Assembly (NCBI GenBank): GCA_001179505.1
Contig: CDMY01000331.1
Span: 54,036-118,035 of the forward strand
Direction of reading: 5' to 3'
DNA from: Vitrella brassicaformis CCMP3155
Taxonomy: Eukaryota; Protista; Chromerida
Length of the DNA: 64,000 nt
Positions 60,623 to 64,000 of this stretch are shown here, piece by piece. A program made the translations under genes and the position numbers. The notes beneath the pieces are model-generated. The model was not told the DNA's origin. It did no database searches and saw nothing but the letters and a program-made list of their open reading frames with translations. Numbering within the stretch: the first letter of the stretch is position 1; every line of letters starts with the position of its first letter.

Positions 60623-61808
60623 ATGGCTGCTCGGCCGCCACCATCAGATGCATCGCTTCATTCGGTGACAACTGAGATGCTCCAGAATGTCATCGACGGT
60701 GAGGAGGCCGGAGAGACAGACCCATACACACGGTGAATCCCCGTACGTGCCCATCTGTGTCTATGCAGATCTGCGTCGTTCGATGGACAGCGAGAGAAAG
60801 ACATTCAACAAACGAATTGAGGAGCTTGAAGCGCAAAGAGACGAGTACAAGAGCGAGAGGGACGCTTACAAGAAGGAGCGAGACGCTGCGATGGACAAGC
60901 TCAGAGAACTTGAGGCCAAGATGGCAGCCGAGCAGGAGGCCCACAGCAACGTGGCTCGGACAGTTGTGCATGACGGAGGCCTTTATCACGGCTCCATCCG
61001 CAAAGTTGGCGGCACCGAGGTGCCCCACGGGACGGGGCTGCTGCGGTCGCTGGACGGCGAGAGAAAGCGATATGAGGGCGAGTGGAAGGACGGCAAGTAC
61101 CACGGCAGGGGCACTGAGTTCAATCAAGACAGAGTCGTGTATGAGGGCGATTGGCAAGACGGCAAACGACAAGGTCACGGCATCGAGCACGCGTCAGACG
61201 GCCAGCTAATCTATGAAGGCGAGTGGACCAACGGAGAGAGGACCAACAAAGGAGAAGGAAAGGTGGGCTTCATGCAGGTCACTGACGACAAGGGAGAGCT
61301 TTTGGGCTATTATCACGGCGAGACCCTCAATGGCCAGCCAAATGGGAAGGGGGAACTGCGAGACGGCACCAATCGAGTCACCTACAAGGGCGAGTGGAAG
61401 AGCGGCAAGCGACACGGCCAGGGCAAGGAATGCGCGCCATGCCAAGTGCTCAACCAGGAACGCAGCCAATACGAGACCAAGATGTGTGTCGTGTACGAGG
61501 GCGGTTTCGTGGATGGCAAGTGGCACGGCCAGGGGAAGGCATACTACGACCACCTTGGTTTTGGTACTGCGTTGTGGTTTGATGGCGAATGGCGAGAGGG
61601 CCTGATCAACAGCGGCACCCTCTTCCCTGACGGCACCTGGGGTGGAGGGAAGATGAGCGGCGGCACCCCCCTTCGGCCCATCACGCCCATTCGATGGCAG
61701 GCCGGACAGGGGATACCCGGGCGGGCGGGGAAGCAGATAGGAGACCTGCCGAGGTGGCTGCGAGATCGCGGTGTGTCGGGATATTTCCCTGCTGGAGCAC
61801 TCGGGTAG
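60623..61808 (+). CDS. Coiled-coil + MORN protein (exons 60623-60698, 60769-61808)
   Basis: MAARPPPSDASLHSVTTEMLQNVID|DLRRSMDSERK.., MORN repeats, conserved ..RGVSGYFPAGALG* tail. Confidence 0.88.
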
Positions 61809-62744
61809 TGAGTGTGTCTTTCGCGTGTCTGGCTCATTGTGTCTATGTCCTGTGCGTCATTAGTTTCTGGATTGGTTTGTGGGAGGAGTTGCGTTTGGTG
61901 GTGCCTTGTGTGGTAACGATGCTGTCTGTGTGCATGCACTCGGGCTTTAGTAACTCGATCGGCCGTCTCGTAAAGTGCATGTCTGCCGAGAAAGTGCATG
62001 TCTGCGCTGTTACACTTCGACGACGTCTGAATTGGTCACTTCACGAATGTTGCAGGAGTGTTGACGTGTGTATTGTCATCCATGAAAGTCACCAGAACAT
62101 GAATACTAAGCGACGAATTGACCTTTATAAGCATCGAAATCAAGAAAACGGCCCTTTCTCACCCTATGTGTTCAAAGAACACATGTCTGCCTGTCCAGAT
62201 CTCTGTCGCTATCTCTTTGAGGTATGGAAAAACACCCATCAAGTTGAGTGAGATCAGCATAGTATTACGTTAACACGATGCTTCGCAGGGACACTACCCA
62301 ACACACACCACAATACTATGTGTGTATCACCCTGACGCCCACGAAGGAATGCACCCCAGCACCAGACGGAAAGCAGCATGTGCTACATGTATGTGTGTGG
62401 TCAATTAATGTGTGTGTGCGGCAGTCATCTTTTTATGCCCACGACACTCACCGCACTATTCTCTCTGCCCCTTTCTTTCAGTATAAACAATTACGAACGC
62501 ATCTTAGGGCTCACCGCCCCCAACCAGTGGCATCCCCCCGACCCCGCCCCTATTCACACTGACTGCAAAGCCACACACAACATCAAAGACACGACACACT
62601 GAAAGACAGACAGACGTCATGTAATTGACTGTACAAACAACTTGGGCACAGTAAGACAGACAGACAGACAGCGAGACTAGCGCCGTCCCTCTCACACGAA
62701 CAAACAACGACACACGAGCCACAGTGTCTGAATGAGTTGGACGC

Positions 62745-63524
62745 CTAATGCCGACGGCCTGAAGACCACACACACATGGCCACATTGGATGGACACGGCC
62801 CATAGGTGTGTCTGTCTGCCCACTGTGTCTGTCTGTCTCACTCACATTTGCCGTATTTGTGGTCGTGGTGTTTCTTCCAGCAGTAATGGCCACGCTTGCA
62901 ATCATGGTCCTTCTTGCACCGATGGTCGTCATGATGGTCGTCATGGTGGTCGTCATGGTGGCCCCTCTCCTTGCCTAATGAGCACACACCACACACACAG
63001 AAGAGATGACGCCCACATTGCCCTCGCCCTGTGTGTGACTGTGTGGCTCACATTTGCCATTCGAGCAGTAATGTGAGTGGCAGTCGTTGTCATATCGACA
63101 GCCGTGGCCAATGCCATTCAGATCGCCGCCCTTACGGCACTGGCCATTCACACAGCTGCACACACACACACACAGCCATCAACACACGCATCGCCATGGC
63201 TCTCCTCTCCCCATTGCCCTACTTGTGTGAGCAGCAGTGTGAGGTTTTCTTGCACTGTTTCTTTGAGTAGGAGGCAATGCAGGACTGCAAACCGCGCAGA
63301 CCGCCAGACGACACCAACGGCTCATCGCCGTCCTCATCGCTCAGCAGCAGCTGGTCGTCCACAGTCGTCAGGCCATCATCATCATCATCATCATCAGCAG
63401 CGGCAGGGGGGCCAGTCGGGAGGACCTCGTCGGCAGCCATGGCCACGGCGGCCGAGGGCATCCACACGGCCACCAGCAGCAGAGAGGCCGCAAGCACGAC
63501 CGTCAGGCGCGAGATGAGGGCCAT
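62745..63524 (-). CDS. Secreted Cys/His-rich prepropeptide, copy 2
   Basis: Same four-exon structure and 14 Cys as 59187-59949, inside a tandem duplication (approx. 58500-60330 vs 62000-63900). Confidence 0.85.
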
Positions 63525-64000
63525 TGCTGACGGGCAATTGAGAGGTCAGACAGTCAGTTGCACTGCGGCTGGGTGAGGGCAGATGGGATGCTCTTGGTGT
63601 TAACAGGCGCTGAGAGATGGGAAGTCGCTGGTCGGTCGAATTAAGTGAGATGAGCGGATGGGGAAGTGGGGAGGGCAGATCCAGGTGAGATCCTTTGTAG
63701 TCCCTTACGTACAGCGGTGAGAGAGGGGAGAGAGGGGGGAGGGCGCGGAGGCCGCAGGGTTTCGGGTCTGGGGTTTCTTCGGGGTTTGCCAAGCTCGCAT
63801 CCTGGCCCGCGTCAGCACGAAGAGGGTGCAGAGAAGCACTTTCAAGGTGAACCCACCGACACCCACCGTATCTGACTCATTGCCCTCTCATTCATAGTAT
63901 GCGCATGGTGTGCGAAAAAGGCCGGTGAGGACCTTTCCTGTAGTTAGCTGAATAGAGGATCTGCTGGGCGGTAAGTCCCAGAGTAAGAGTGCTTTTACTT

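Overview
Eukaryotic, GC-rich, very intron-dense genomic DNA with short introns full of (GT)n/(CA)n, (GA)n and (GACA)n microsatellites. The style suggests a chromerid alveolate such as Vitrella brassicaformis; this is inference, not a database match. Only two clearly conserved housekeeping genes are present: cyclophilin PPIL3 (30994-32242, -) and an Era-family GTPase (45742-48778, -). The rest is a duplication and exon-shuffling hotspot. It holds a tail-to-tail pair of coiled-coil + Gig2/PARP-like ADP-ribosyltransferase genes (one fused to a qRRM RNA-binding domain), eight loci of a coiled-coil+MORN family in various states of decay, and three copies of a lineage-specific multi-exon gene. It also has an ARM-like gene running into an acidic-WF-motif tail, a mosaic coiled-coil array reusing a ubiquitin-like LRLRGG module and a WWAFFCCCCG terminal exon, and a novel type I membrane protein with a scrambled pseudogene copy. 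Finally there is a Ty1/copia RT fragment between two N gaps, a broken pseudokinase, and two tandem secreted Cys/His-rich prepropeptide genes. No rRNA, tRNA or CRISPR array was seen. Exon structures were read by eye, and boundaries marked approximate are uncertain.
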